DNA of 64,000 bases from positions 4,526,001 to 4,590,000 of the forward strand of contig JAQFVV010000011.1 in assembly GCA_028023455.1 (NCBI GenBank). Direction: 5' to 3'. Position 1 is the stretch's first letter; the number at the start of each line of letters is the position of its first letter. The notes under the pieces were generated by a model. The model was given only the letters and a program-made list of their open reading frames with translations. It was not told where the DNA came from and made no database searches. Of the stretch, positions 13,969-28,416 are shown in pieces. The stretch is from Epiperipatus broadwayi. Its lineage: Eukaryota > Animalia > Onychophora. The position numbers were made by a program, and so were the translations under genes.

Positions 13969-15057
13969 AAGAAGAAATAAATCGTATGTCAAAATTGCAC
14001 TGTGTTTATTGAAGAGTATATGGTATATTAAAAACATTTGAATAAAAAAATAGAATACATCAAAGTATTGAAATTGAGACAATTTAATTCCTGTAAATAA
14101 ATTAAATAGGTAGCCACATGAGATGTCATGTGAACTTCAAATATGTGGAATGATAAATCCATATGTTATCCAGTAATTTTTAGCTATCGAATTCATCAAG
14201 GTATTACTCGGCTAAACCATGCAGAAAATTAATTCTGTTACAATTTGTAACAATTCAAATGAAACCAAAAGTTGTAAATTACAAACAGCAAATAAAACAA
14301 AACCCCACAGAATGATAGACTCTGGAGGAAAGGTCCCAAAGATTTTGGCCCACCACTTCTAGCATTCAAGCTTCTTAAGAATTTCTGAGCCATAAAATCA
14401 TACTATTGTTTGTTATGTACAAACAAACAAAAAAAGTGTTTTTATTTCAGTAATCATTTCTATGTCAGTTCTGATTAGAATTATTGCATCCATCTTTAAT
14501 TTTTTAATTTGTCTTATCCCACATCTTCTAAAAAAAAAATTAAAGCAATAATGTTAAAATATACCCATGATTATTACATAAGTGCTATAAAATCAATAAT
14601 ATCTAAAGTCATAGAGTAATTGTAATTTTTTTAATCCCCTCCCCCCCATTTTTTTTTTACATGTATAGACAATTCCCAACCTAAGTTAGTAGTTCACCCA
14701 TAAATTTTTGCATAACACAATTTATGAGTAAATTCAAAAATATATATAAATCTTTATTACTGTGGTATATTGAAGTGGGTCTTCTTTGAATAGTCATATT
14801 TATAAAGTATTATTTTATTGAAAATATTTTTATAAAACATATACTGTTTGAAATATTATATTTTTAATTAAAATTTAAAATAATGGATGGCCAGTAAATT
14901 AATGCTATAATTAATATTGCTTCTAATGAATACAAAAAAAAATAATTTTTTTTTTGCCCTATTAAGTTGAATTATTTACTATAAATACAATTTCTATACT
15001 TTACTTCAAACACTTTTTAGCAAAAAAACATTTTATTGTGTATATATATGGACACAC

Positions 15058-15162
15058 AATCGACGTTTTGATTGCTTTGTAGTCTTCCTTAGAGCCACTC
15101 CTATTTTAATTTCTTAAACAGGAATAGCTCTGACAAAGACTGCAGGACTGTCGAAACATTGC
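15058..15162. repeat. Degenerate divergent pair of family C-like hammerhead remnants
   Basis: Plus: gct ctgacaa agactgcaggactgtc gaaac (15127-15157). Minus: gct ctaagga agactacaaagcaatc aaaac gtc (15061-15096). Confidence 0.5.
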
Positions 15163-15452
15163 GTATCTACTATATATACAGTAAAAAAAATTTGGTAAAA
15201 AGTTATTTGTAAAGTATACAAATTTTACTTATATTAAATATTACAACAAAATAAAGGAAGGGTCTTCTTAATGACATTTGAATTATTCACCTTTAACAAT
15301 AGAACAAAAAAGTGAAATAAATTTGTTGCTAATAGCCATATTGTTATTCAAGTTAGATGTGGTAAACAAATCAGGCTACTTTTCTGTTAATGAATGAACA
15401 AATATCTCCTACTCTACTAAGTGGAATTATTAGTTTGAACAGTAGGATAAAG

Positions 15453-16184
15453 CAGTGGTCTTCAAATTTTTCACACCTGCAGACCTGCAAAAACAATGAT
15501 AAGATTTCGCAGACTGGCAGAAGTCTACAGATAAATTTTCTTAAAGATGTAAGCTGCTTCGCCTTAGATGAACATAATTGTTATAACTGACCAAAACAAC
15601 GTACTAGTTACTATGTTTTGTAATGATGTTGCTTACCTTCACATGCGAACACTTTCTCGAGTGGCGCACTCATACTGCTACAGAAAACAGTACAATAACA
15701 ATTGTTCTCATTAATGTGGCTGCATTGCTATGTTTATTATTTCATTGTTAAAAGATGCAAGAATAAAATGTTATTTATCTGAATGTTGGGAAATATCACA
15801 GCTAGTGTAATTATATGACAATGATTATGATAAATGTAATATCTGTATTTAATGATAAATATACAAAATGAAGTTATATATATATGGAGTTTGTATAATA
15901 AACTTTTTTTTAAATTTGAATTTTTTAAAAAAAAAAAAAAAAATTTAATTCTACCCCCCCCCCATAAACATCTGTGATAACTAAAAAAACAAATTAATTT
16001 ATGTATGATTGATTAGATTTTGTTTTCGTTCTATTTCCTTTTTTTAATTGGGTAAAAATGAGATGGAAAAATAAATAAAAATTGTTTATATTAATTAAAA
16101 GTTTAAAATATTATTATTTAGTTATTACAAACTTTCCTGCCAGTCTAGTGCAGATCGGGAGAAAACTTCAGTTGAAGACCACTG
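15453..16184. mobile_element. Non-autonomous hAT (Charlie-like) MITE
   Basis: Perfect 13-bp TIR CAGTGGTCTTCAA / TTGAAGACCACTG. Flanks GGATAAAG and TGATTAAG (6/8 match) fit a decayed 8-bp TSD. Confidence 0.75.
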
Positions 16185-16234
16185 TGATTAAGTGTTTGCT
16201 GTTAATACCGAACGCTCTTTCTATATCACTAAAC

Positions 16235-16812
16235 TAGGGAGACCAAACTGGTTCGCTCAAAAATCGGACATAATGACCAATCATTTTTATGGTACTGCGT
16301 CCTTTTTTTTTTTTTTTATAAAACTCCATTCCTGTGTATATTCATCGTTGTAAGTATACTTCCTCTTTGGCATGTTGTCTAGGGGTTATTAATATTCCTA
16401 TTAATTTTATCACTAGAAAATGAATACCAACAAAGAACTAGTAAAACTACACTGTCAATCATAGCAAATGAAAGCTCAGTTCAAATTTTAGCCTACAAAA
16501 ATCCAACTGGCATGGTCCAAGGAGAGGTTGGATACAAGAACAATCTTGAGAACCTGGCTATATAAAGTAATAGCGATCTTTGTTTTGGTGTTGAAATTTG
16601 TCTGAAGTTCTTATAATATTACTGTAGAAACTGAAATGGACTGAGGGCCAAAAAACTCATTTTTGCAATAAATTATTTGTGTAAGACATAATAATTATAA
16701 GTATTTGAAAATCAGGACATACAAAAGTCCCGAAAAAACATTTCGGGAACACTGGGACATCTAATCAAAAATAGAGACAAATCCTGAAAAATTGGAATAT
16801 CTGGTCACCCTA
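16235..16812. mobile_element. Non-autonomous hAT-type MITE (TAGGG[T/A]GACCA TIR)
   Basis: TIR TAGGGAGACCA ... TGGTCACCCTA. Exact 8-bp TSD CACTAAAC at 16227-16234 and 16813-16820. Subterminal GGACA/GTCCCG motifs. Confidence 0.85.
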
Positions 16813-19800
16813 CACTAAACTGAATTATTAATAATTACAAATGGCATAAATATTTAAAATGTTTCACAGTTTCTCTATGCACATTGTATTTTAATGAAAA
16901 TGTGAGCGGTTCTCTCTCTCAATACTATTTCTGAATCATCATGTTATGTAAAAGCACACTTTAGCTATTTACTACAAAAAATTTAAGGCACTAACATGGC
17001 TGAATCATGAATTACAACAGAAAATGTGTGCTCCTTACCTTCATAAATTGTTTTCGACACTCCATCATTGCGAAATCTTATAAATCACTTGAAAATATTC
17101 TTGTGATTCATGATTTCACTACCATACACAGTTTAAATCATTTCAAACATTTTATTAGCAGATTTGATACTGTTCATGCATTTTTGCACTGTGGATTAAA
17201 ATACAAGATACAACACATTTCAGGTCATAAGTCATGATCCAGACATTCTAACATCTCCAAGTTTTTGTAGTAAATAAGTCACTACATAGCACATTGATTC
17301 GCAGATGGCACTATAGGCAATTAGAAGAAAGAACCAGTCACCTTTTCACTGAGACATACTGAATATATCAGTTTTTTTTTTTCAGTATGATTTTACTAAG
17401 CTAGGCTTACACAAACTGGAAAAATTATATAAATATGATATTAACATATTTGGCTATGCATAATACTATGCCTCTGCATTGCTAAACCATTTTTTTTCTG
17501 CTTACTGGTTAATACAGAATGAGTTAAAATCGCTGATCTGTCTATGAAGTCATATATCAAGTAATAACCAACGAAATGATAGAGTTTGAAGCCAACCACA
17601 CAAGCTATATGGAATGCTTCTTTTCTAGTTCCTGGCTTATTAAAAGCTCATTACCTTCGAATGAATGGAGAAGAGGAAATAGGAGGAAAAGAAAATTTAT
17701 AAAAGCCATGTAGAACCAAGTTTGAAGCCATGAATCAAATTTTTGTTAGTTTACCTCAATCATCTAAAGTGTCAACAGCAATTATTTTTTTAAAAGGAGA
17801 GAGACAAGCAAATCTCCGGTACCTACTTATTCAAAAGTACTTATAATAACTTTTTTTTTGAAATGGTAGAAGGAAGCCAATCAACAATGAATAATAATAG
17901 AATTGAAGAAACAAGCAAGTCAATTGATTCAGCATTATCTTAAAAGTATCTGCAATAATTTTTTTTTGTTGTTGTTGTTGAGCAAAGAAAAGCAGTCTGA
18001 AAATTCAAACTCAGGACATTAATAAGAAGTGAAAGTGATCGGGTAACTATGAACTTTCTTTAACAGATTTTTATTCTTACTTATTAAAAGTAAACTTAAT
18101 TTACTGGTCAAGGCAATTTTCTTTTGATACAGAAACATTAAAGACTTGTTTATCTATAGTTATTTGCAATATCTCACAACATAGCACAAACATAGTTTAA
18201 ATCTTTAAACTTAAATTTTTCATTATTTTATTATTATTATTTTTTTTATTATATATTGTAATGTTGAAATGTTTTTTTTTTTAATTGTTCTTCAGTTGTT
18301 AATGATAATGAGCAACCTATAGATATATGCATTTATAATGTTTTTTATTTTTATTTTATCTTGTTGCATATTAAAAAATTAATATCATGTATTTTATTTT
18401 CTTTCGCTATAAGGTTGCAAAAGAAAAAGATATTTTTATATATGTAATTTATGGGTATACATTTTAAACATATATGTTAACATTACCGAATGCGTGCATG
18501 TGTAACTGCTTATCCAAACACATCAAAGAATAGGTTATATATGATTAGTTTAAAATGGTAAATTGAAAAGTAGGGCATTACATTTGAATGGAAGTGAAAT
18601 AACATATACAAGTTACACCTGAAATTTATTTTATGATATGATAAGTAAGAAAAGTCTTAAATAAGCATTTATAGAATATGTATTTTTTTTCTAATATTGA
18701 TTTAAGTCAGCTTATTTTGAGATATCAAGAAAAATGACAAACCTATATGTTAGATTTATTTGCTTATACTTATATAAATTTTTTATATTAATTTTTGTAT
18801 TGAATTAATATGGTAATAAGCCATTTATTTAATTGTTGATTTGACTTTAAAGAAGGAAAGAAAGAGTAGTAGTGTTAATAAAATATAATTATATATCTTA
18901 ATTGGTTTCCGAGTTATTATTAAGAATATTGTGTTTTTTCTTGTCTTAATTCTATCATTTTAATTCATCATCATTGCTCGCAGTTATTAAGTATTACCAT
19001 TCATATATATTGAGCAATCACTTGCAAATATTAAGCGTCCGCAAAATAATGGGTAAACTAGAATGTTGATATTTAAGTATTTAAGGATTATGCTTGAGAA
19101 TAACCAAATTTTGATAATTATAGTTCAACAATAGAAAGCTAAAATTGTGTTGTGTCCATGAGTTTAGATCATCCTCATCAAAGATGGATATCATGTTATT
19201 GGTTAAAAATGTTTCAAATAATACTATATAAAAGTTATGATCGCCATCAATCATCATTAATAAATTATAATCATTAAATTTAATGTTTAGCGTAATGAAT
19301 ATATTTTAGTAAATAGGGGTTTATAGAAAATTGAATATTATGCAAAGAGATTCATGATGATCAATCATCACCACTAGTATTATTAAATCCCAGTATGAAA
19401 TAGGATAATTTTAATAGATGCCTATAAGTTTATAAAGATGAATTTATTGTTGTGAGTTTATTAATAAGCCATGGCTGGTATCATCATCACTATTATAATC
19501 ATTATTATGATATCACTATTATTATCATTATTATTATGATATTATTATCATCATCATCATTATTATCTTTATTGTGATAAATAATCTAGTTAAATGGCCA
19601 TCAATGTCAATAATGGTCTTCACATGCTTGTTTGGAAGCCATTAATAGGATTATACATGTCTGTTCATCAATATACGTAAATGAGCTAGCAATGTCTATA
19701 AGAATCTTTGATCTGTAATATAAATTTTGGTAATATTGGGATCTTGTAATTTTATCGATATAGATAAAATGTAAGAATGTCATTTTTTCATTAGTCATCC

Positions 19801-20444
19801 GCGTCATGTGTGATAAAAATGTACTGAATGAGTTTGAACTCAAGTACACTATAAACAGATACTTATCTAGATTGAAAACAATCTAGTGGCGTTCATGGGA
19901 AAACACATGTACTTAGCTAAACTGAATAAAGAGTGATATCATCCCTTTCCAACTTCATAATATTAGTTTTATAGAATATATATATTTTTTATAAGTTGTC
20001 ATGAATAGCACCAGTGTGTGCATATGACCATGAATGGTCTTCTATAGTTGGAAAGAAGAATAGGAAGGATTCTTTGTTAGAAGAACCTAGTATTGGAGAT
20101 AAGCATAAGGCACTCCAGGAATTTCACAGTGGGTACTTTTATTCAGTTGCTATATTTAATATTATTTTATTTGATGACAATGGCCAGTATGTTTTATTGT
20201 TCAAATGACTGCCCCAATATATAAATAAATACCAAGAATCTTTAATGCTGATATTTTCAAGTGGCACAGTGATTCTATAATTTCTTTATCTATGCTATGA
20301 TGAATTAATATAGTTACAAATGGTACAGATTGGATAGGCATATATCTAATAATTAATAATTTCCCCTATCTAAATATTTATTATGGTTACAAATGTGACA
20401 TATTAAAATAGTTACAAATCTTATATTAATTGAAATAGTTACAA

Positions 20445-23400
20445 TATATATATATAAACTCTTTATTCTCCATGTTAGTTCTGCCTCTCCAACTCCCTAT
20501 TTTTTATTAATGCATCTATTCTTCTATCCCAATCTTTGCCAATATTATACTCAACAATCATCCCACCTTTTGTACAAGTACACTGACTTAAAGTCTTTAT
20601 CAAATCTGCTATATACTGTACTATCTTTCTCAATCATCTTATTGCCTGTCCTTTACTCACAACCCAATTAAATACTATTTTGGATATTCTCTTACTATCC
20701 ATATATTGCAATCTACAGAACATTTTCATTTTGCTTTTTCCTTCTCTCATATAAAAACTTGACTATCCCATTTCTCCTTGAATTGCCTCATTTGCCATCC
20801 ACACATCAGCATCTAATGTGTCTTCCTATTTCTGCTTGTACTTTTTCTAAGTAATCTAACAACACTTTACTAACACATTATGTATGGTTACCATGGGGTA
20901 ATCCTGCTACTGCCACTCCCTTCCATACAATTCTTTCTACATGATATTTATTATAGGAAAACATTGTTAATTTCTTTATCAGTCCCTTTCTTTCGTTGCT
21001 TCATTTATCAATTATTTCTCCCATTCATTCAAGCAATTTCTCTGATTATTTAAAATGATTTCCAAATAGTTATACCTATTCACCACATTTAACTTTATAT
21101 TCCCCCAAAAAAATTATTTATCTTCTTTTTTCCCAACACTTATCATCATAACTTTTGATTTTTCTTCATTAAATTTAATCCCATCCCTTTACCCACCCTT
21201 GTACAAGTCTTCAGCATAACTTCCATATTTTCCCTACTCTCTGTGCACAAGATATCATCAGCAAATAAAAGACCTGATAATATATACACTCCTTTGTCAT
21301 CTATTAACGATATTTCTATCCTTCTTCCTAGTCTTTTCTATTATGTTCTCCATTTCTTTCAAATATAACAAAATAGATGACAGGGCATCCTTGCCTTAGT
21401 CCCATCCCACTTTTAACTCTAACTAATTCTATAATTGTTATATATAGAAATTATTTTTCATACAATCTCTTAAAAAGATACACTAAAAGCTCCATTCATT
21501 CCCAAATTTACCAAACTTACCCTTTAATCTATTTTCTATTTATTCTATCATATGCCTTCTCTATATTTATAAAGACCAAATATATAGCTATCTACCTGTA
21601 TTCCTACTCATATCTATAAGATCTCCTATAAGCTTATCTTTTCAGAAACCTTCTTGCATTTCTCCCACTATATTATTTTCTTCCACCTATTTTGTCATTC
21701 TTCCAGCCACCATATATGTAAAAACTTTATATAACACTGACATTATTGCTACTTATCTATAACTGTATATCTTTGTATGGTTTGTACCCTTTCCTTTAAA
21801 TAATAATGTTATTCTTGTACTATTCCAGCTATCTGGAAATTCTGTTTTCTGTGCCATCATATTAAAACATGAAAATACATTTAATTTTGCCCTATTTTCC
21901 AAATTCATCACCATTTCTGCTGCCTAGCCATCTAAACCTCTTGCCTTTCCACTTTTCAACTTCTTCTCTGCTTCATTCAATTCATTTTCTGCAAAACTAA
22001 TATTTCCATTACTATGTGCTTTTATGTTTGATATCACTCTGTCCTTCACATCTAACATTTTTTCTATATCCATCACATACTTATTTAAGATTATCTCTAA
22101 TTCAACTCGAGCTACTCTTTTTCCTCCTCATTTAATAATACTATTTTTCACTCCCCTACATTCCTTCTTTTAATATATTTCCAAAATTTTTTACTCCCAT
22201 CTCTTCCATTTTTATTAATATCCTCCAATAATTTACTACTTAATTCCATTCTCTCTATATAATTATTTATTTTAGCAACTTCTTTTTATAAAAAATAGTT
22301 TTTCCATTTAATATTAACATCTTTTCACTTTCTTTGTTTTTAATAGCACATTTATATTCTTGGCATGCTTTTTTCGTTCCTATTACACTTTAACTAAATC
22401 TCACTTTTCTATTTTATTCTTCTGAATATTCTCACCTAAAAACCTATATGCCACTTTTTCTACTTCACCACACCAGTCCTTATATTCATCCCCAATTAAC
22501 ACTTCCATGGTTTCTTCTACTTTTATTTTATATTCTTCTAACTTATTCTTACCATTCATTCTCCATCTACATCTTTCATTATCCTTTCTACATTTATTAC
22601 TATTTTCCATCACATTACAAACAATTTCTATTATAAAGAAATTATAATCACTATTTCATACTCTCTCTTCATTATCAAATATTTTAATTTTCTGTACTTT
22701 ATTCATTCCCTGCAATTCCCTCACAAATATTTGATAAATTTCTAATGCTCAAATTCACTCTCTGGAATTTTCAAAAGCTGTCCAATCTTGTTATCCATGT
22801 CATCAATATACACATTCATATCCCCTATAACCATTATTTTATTACCCCTTTTTTTAAAATTCTGTATATCCTTAACTAGGCATTCATATATGCTACTGTT
22901 CCACTCCATTATAAGTTTGACTATCTCCAGTGGCCATATGCACTATAGCCACCATCCATTCTGAGTCTTTCTAACCTTATTTCAAACCACAAATGTTCTT
23001 GACACTTAACAGTTTTCAAATATTTTTTTTGACATAACTCCTATAGCACCACCCCTTTTTTTTCTTTCTTATTTATACCCTGCCATACCAAATATTCCAT
23101 TATAGGTTCTGCTCTTGGCTGTGTTTCCATTAATTGCTAATACCTCAAGCTCTTCATTTCTAACTGGTTTGTTTATTTCCAGCCACTTTTCTGGTCTCCT
23201 ACCACCTTGCATATTCAAATATCCAATTTTAACAATTTCTTCTTTTCTTACTACTCTTTTATAAATTCTTTTGATTCTTTCTTCTCTATTACATTTGTAA
23301 TTAGCTTGTTTTATCATTAATTTTACAGATCCAGTCCCTCTCCACATCTACATTACATCTGAATCAGCTACCCTGTGTTTACTTCTTAAATCCCATCCAT

Positions 23401-24200
23401 TCTTAACCTTCTTTTTGATTATACTGTAATTTAAAACCCTATACTCCTTTATAAGTTTCCCGAACTATAATATTTTTTATACATCAAACCCACGAATGTT
23501 TCACTTCCTTGTTTTGCTAAGTGCAAATCATCTTTACTATATAACTCCCTCTTACTAATAAAAAATCCCCATACATCCACGAACATTCCATTATTTCTTT
23601 CGCATAATTTTTTCAATCTCTCATTTATAGAACATGCCCTATCTAACATATACCTATTGTCAAATATTGGTAGTAATCCAACTATTTCTACTTTTCCTTT
23701 AATCTTATTCAAATTACTAATCAATTCTTTGTATTCATCCATTACTCTCTCCAATGGTTCTGACAAATTATTTGTTCCTACCATAACATAAACATCTCTA
23801 CGACCTTGTTTCTTTATTTTATCTTTAGCATCCTTAATTCTAGCTCCAGACAAACATACTCTTATATACCTATTTCTATTTTCCGTTGCAATTAGCTAGT
23901 CCGCTATCAAGACTGTCTCATAATTTACTTCCCTTAATTCATCTGTGAAATTCTCTTCTACCTTCTGAACTTCCTTTATTTCTCCATTATCATTTCTATT
24001 AATTAATTTCTTAATCTGCTCACAATTTATATCTAAAGCTTTTAATTTTACTTCTTCCTCTATCTTACTTATTTTTTGGCTAGCTATCTCCATTGCACTA
24101 CTTATTTTGTCATCCATATCTTTGTCACTCCACTAAATACATTTCCTCTATTTCTCCTGATTTTCTTTAAACTAACTATACTCAGAAACCATTTTACACC
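20445..24200 (-). mobile_element. Decayed non-LTR retrotransposon (esterase ORF1 + APE + RT; CR1/L2/RTEX-like architecture)
   Basis: Minus-strand translation gives a coiled-coil plus SGNH ORF1, APE start KIGYLNMQGG, and RT motifs LRQGCP (21381-21399) and LLFADD (~21254-21271), with many stops and frameshifts. It ends in an (AT)n tract near 20445. Confidence 0.85.
23449..24117 (-). pseudogene. ORF1 remnant: coiled coil + SGNH/GDSL esterase domain
   Basis: ORF-track peptides 23896-24117 (coiled coil, ending VLIAD at the GDS block) and 23449-23853 (VMVGTNNL block III, DDLHL block V). Confidence 0.8.
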
Positions 24201-24225
24201 TCTTTTATCACATTTATACATGATC

Positions 24226-24620
24226 TACAAACTATCTATACAATAGTGCAAGCCATAGTAATCAATGGATGCAAGAAAGTTTGTGCATAAAATGTCTCTA
24301 TTTCGTGCCTACTTATCCAATATCCCCAGATTAGTTTTTAACTTATGGCTTTCATCAATGAGGAGTCTTGGATCTGAGAATACTGTGCTGTATAGTGCTC
24401 TCAGGGCCAAAGCTACTCACTATTGAAAGCCACGGGTTAGAAACTAGTCTGGGGATATTGGATGAGTGGGTAATAGATAGGGATTTGTGCAAAAAATCTT
24501 GCATCCATTCAATACTAAGGCTTGCACTAGGTGGCCTTATTGTATGAAGAGTTTGCTACTGTTTAAACAGCATATGAAAGCATTGGAAATGGTGATCATG
24601 TGATGTTTAAAATAAACTCA
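24226..24620. mobile_element. Family B foldback palindrome with two mutated hammerhead motifs
   Basis: Arms ~24226-24388 and 24393-24550 are reverse complements. Motifs at 24324-24363 (minus; ttgatga, aaaactaatc) and 24415-24454 (plus; ctattga...GAAACTAGTC TGGGG). Confidence 0.8.
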
Positions 24621-26499
24621 CTAATCTTTTCCTCAAAGATCTCTATAATTAATTACTTGATGAATAATTTGTTGAGAATTATTTCACAATTGTGTATATT
24701 TTTGTTATCATCTATGTTCTATTGCTCGAGAATTCATAAAAAATTTGAGCACTAGAAGTATTAACACTGAAATCAATCCTAGGATCCCATATTACAGAAT
24801 TTAATCCCATAGAGCCTAGCTGTATTAATAGTGTAGTACAATATATAAACATAACTTCTTTCTTTTTTGCATTAGTATCAAAGCAATTTTATTTTCTTTC
24901 CTTCCAACTATTTTGGCTGAACTTGCAACCTTCGCCAGAGATCTATAAACATTTTATGATTTCACATTATCCTACAAGATATTTACAATTGTAATAATTT
25001 AAAATATAAAAATAAAATGCATTTAATCTTTGCATTTCAAATAATTACAATTCTACATAAACATATTTAGTAACTATTATGGACAATCTAATGAATAACA
25101 TATTCAGTCATGGATAAATAATTTCTATTTAGACTAAATATAGTAATAAAAATATATGAAAACTGGCGTGATTATAAATTGAAAACTATTTAATGTACAA
25201 CTCATGGTCATCTTTAACATATATTACTCAGCTATAAAAGTGAATAAGCTGCTACTGAAAAATCTTTTGTTTTCTTTGAGGCCTTAAAGGAACTAAACAT
25301 GACAAATCCTTAATATCTATTCCATAGTTCTCGTCATTGTTGTTGTTATTACTATATAATTATTCACATAGTATAAGAACATAGATGGGTTGGTTGCTCA
25401 TAACATAAATCAGCCAGCGAGGTAGGTTTATCGGTTTTTTACCTCAGTTTAAAATCAAGAAACACTATGAACTAGACTGGATTTGGACTTTAATTCTGCA
25501 GAGGATCGATAATGGATAAAAATTATGTATATTATCCAAGCAAAATGCAAACATATCTATAGTATATATATTTACAAAAAACCAATTTAATATATACAAT
25601 CCCTTAACTGGAAGTTGCTTTTGATATACAGACTAATTTCCAAGAGATAGTTGTATGTGGTAAATCTTTACTAGTCCGAATTGTTAGCTGTTGTCTTTTT
25701 TATTTTTTTCTTGATAATCTCTTATATAAAATTAATGCATTTCATATGAAGTATTTTTAGGTATCAAATTAATCTGATTTATTTATGAACATATACATAT
25801 GTATATTAACTAATTGGTTAATTAACAAATATGTGAGCTTTATACAACTTTTAATTAAATTACTAATCTCCTGGTTTAAAATATTAAATCTAATTAATAT
25901 ATTTTTCGAATTTACAGAAACAATTTTTCTCTATTTATAATTAAGTATTTTATTTTTTAAGAGGTGAAATTCTATACATATCTATTTAGAAATAACTTAA
26001 AATAATTATATGGTATAATAAAAATAAATATATATGTATATAAAAAGGAATGTAAAGCAATAATTAAGGATGATTCATTTTTTATATGCAAGGGTTATAA
26101 GGTTAATTTTTTGAAATGTTTTAATTGTTACACAATATGTTTATATATAATTGTAATCATATGAAATACAAAAGTAAAATCTATTTGAAGAAATCGTTTA
26201 ACATCTTATAATATAAATTAGTGATATAAAATATTTACATATCTCTGATGAAGGCTGAACCAAAAGGAAATAGAACTGTTTGAAGAGATGCAAAAAGAGA
26301 TGATAAAATTATACTAAATTAAGCAATTAAGATAATGAAGGTATTAAATCATATAAAATTCAATATACAGTAACTTGTTTCTTAACTCTTCTCAGATAAA
26401 TTTATCAACATATAGCTTAGAATATTATGATTTCAAAGCTTTTCTTTAAATAATTAAATGTAGTTAATGTTAAGTTGTCTGACCTTGTTATCATATGTA

Positions 26500-26990
26500 C
26501 TCTATAACTAATCTAATAGCAAGTCTTCCAGCTCCACTCTGAAATCACATTCCTTTGAGCATATGCTCCTACATCGTAATCTTTTATGCTTTCACATGAT
26601 AACTAGTTTCTGTTTCTGAAACAACGATATGCTATATGTTAAGATGTAGTAGGCTTAAAGTATATGTTTACATTATCAGCAATACATCTTTGCCTGTTAC
26701 CCACATCGCTATTGCTGCTTTTAGTTTGTTATCAATTGTTGCTAATAAACATACATCTTCTACATAAACCACACAAATCTACCATCCTGCTGCATTGTTA
26801 ACATTAAATTCAATTATGAAGATACTATGCAGCGCCATTTTATTTTTCTTTGTCAATTTCTCCCTATTATTCCTGTCAATCAATAATAACTCTTCACAAT
26901 TCTCCTGAACTGTCAATTTTTCTACTATATACAAGTTTCACAAACTGTTGAACTGCAATATTCTGCTATATCCAGGGTTGGTCTTCCATT
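26500..26990 (-). pseudogene. Degraded non-LTR reverse transcriptase fragment
   Basis: Minus translation gives KWRCIVSS (QGC..SP-like) and VVYVEDVCLLA (YADD-like), with many stops. Confidence 0.45.
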
Positions 26991-27064
26991 ACCCGCTGAA
27001 TGCACATCCATACTCAACTCCGAGAATTAACTTAATGGCTAGAGTTTATTAACTCTAAATAGAG

Positions 27065-27570
27065 GCAAAAACTCTCCATATAGTAATGCCATTCGGTGCA
27101 AGCCAAAGTAATCAATGAATGCAAGAAGGTTTTTACAGAAAATCCCTACCTAGTGCCTACTCCCCAGACTAGTTTCTAGCTTGTGGCTTTCATCAGTGAG
27201 GCTTGAACCTGAGAGTACTGCACTTAGATCTTAGGATCTAATGCAACTCTCCAGCAGCCACCTTTTACTATAGCCACCATTATATTATTTGGCAGGATTG
27301 GTATTAAACCACTAAACATCACATCATCACCACTTCTTATGCTTTCTCAAGCTGATGCAAAAACTCTCCATACAATAGTGCCACAAGCTAGAAACAAGAC
27401 AGGATTTAGGATGAGTAGACACTAGATAAGGATTTTATGCACAAACCTTCTTGCATCCATTGATTACTATGGCTTGCACTGAGTGACACTACTGTATGAA
27501 GAATTTTTGCCTGTTTTAACAGCTAGAGCAAGCATAATGGTGATCATGTGATGTTTAGTGGTTTATAGTG
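27065..27570. mobile_element. Family B composite (minus copy, minus tail fragment, plus copy)
   Basis: Homologous to 24226-24620. 27065-27200 is the reverse complement of 27380-27510. The tail motif GGTGATCATGTGATGTTT is shared with fragments at ~50790-50855, ~52440-52475 and ~63070-63135. Confidence 0.8.
27162..27201 (-). ncRNA. Minimal type I hammerhead (family B), core intact
   Basis: Minus strand reads CCTCA CTGATGA a AGC-cacaa-GCT a GAAA CTAG TC TGGGG: stem I 5 bp (one G.U), palindromic ACUAGU stem III, GUC triplet. Confidence 0.8.
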
Positions 27571-28416
27571 CTATAAATATATATAATAATGTCTATAACT
27601 TAAATATTACTATCTGCTTGCTGTTGTTCTAAAGTTAAAGCCTTTTGTATATAAAGTTCGCAAATTCTTCACAATCTTTGCACTGTCCCTGTCACATTCT
27701 ATGACTATTCCTAATATTTTTTCCTGGCCTGCTAGGTTGTAGATTTTATTTGCAAGTCATATTATCAGCATAATTAGTTTAGATTTGCAAATTAGAATGC
27801 ATTTGTATATTTGGCATAATTGTGTGTGTTAATTTTCTAGATTTTTATTAACTTGTCTAATATATACTACATAAAAATAATATTATCTGCAACCCTTTGC
27901 AATATACAGCAATTATTTAGTAATTAATAATCATGTTTTGAGTAACTGGATATTGATTAGTTTTTAGTTTTATAACGAATGAAAAATAAACCAGAAACAA
28001 TTTAGACTCGTGAAGCTATAGCAAAAAAAAAATACTGAAAATTTTCAAGTGATTTTAATAAAATAAAAGCATGTTGAGAACAAATTGCCTTTGCGTTCCA
28101 TTTATTTAACAAATGTAAAAAGACATTTCTGGATGAATGAAGTGCAAAACGAACTGAATAAAATATTTTATTATAATTTTTTACAAAAGTCATTTTGAAT
28201 AAATAAAAAAAGGAATCGCCAACTGTTAAATGTTTGAAAACAAAAGGAATGTCTGTAGTATAATTGGCATTATACATTTTAAAATTACAAAAAAAAAAAG
28301 ATTATTAGCATTAAATTCATACAATCAAAATTAATTATATTCAATAGTAACTTTTTATTTTATTTTTTTCAATAAAATAACATTGTTTTATAACTTAAAT
28401 TCGAAAATTATCTAAC

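Larger units (their letters stand above)
13781..14027. mobile_element. Family C foldback palindrome with a hammerhead motif in each arm
   Basis: Arms 13781-13895 and 13919-14027 are reverse complements with a 23-nt spacer. Same core as 51657-51900. Confidence 0.85.

Noticed and set aside
13010-17740. Similar minus-strand peptides FKSWLQTCL (~13030) and FDSWLQTWF (~17720)
   Set aside because: The second has an in-frame stop and no usable acceptor, and the match is too short to exclude chance.
26243-26285. CTGATGAAGGCTGAACC...GAAATAG
   Set aside because: Stem II is only 2-3 bp, and there is no stem III or cleavage triplet and no second copy in the window.
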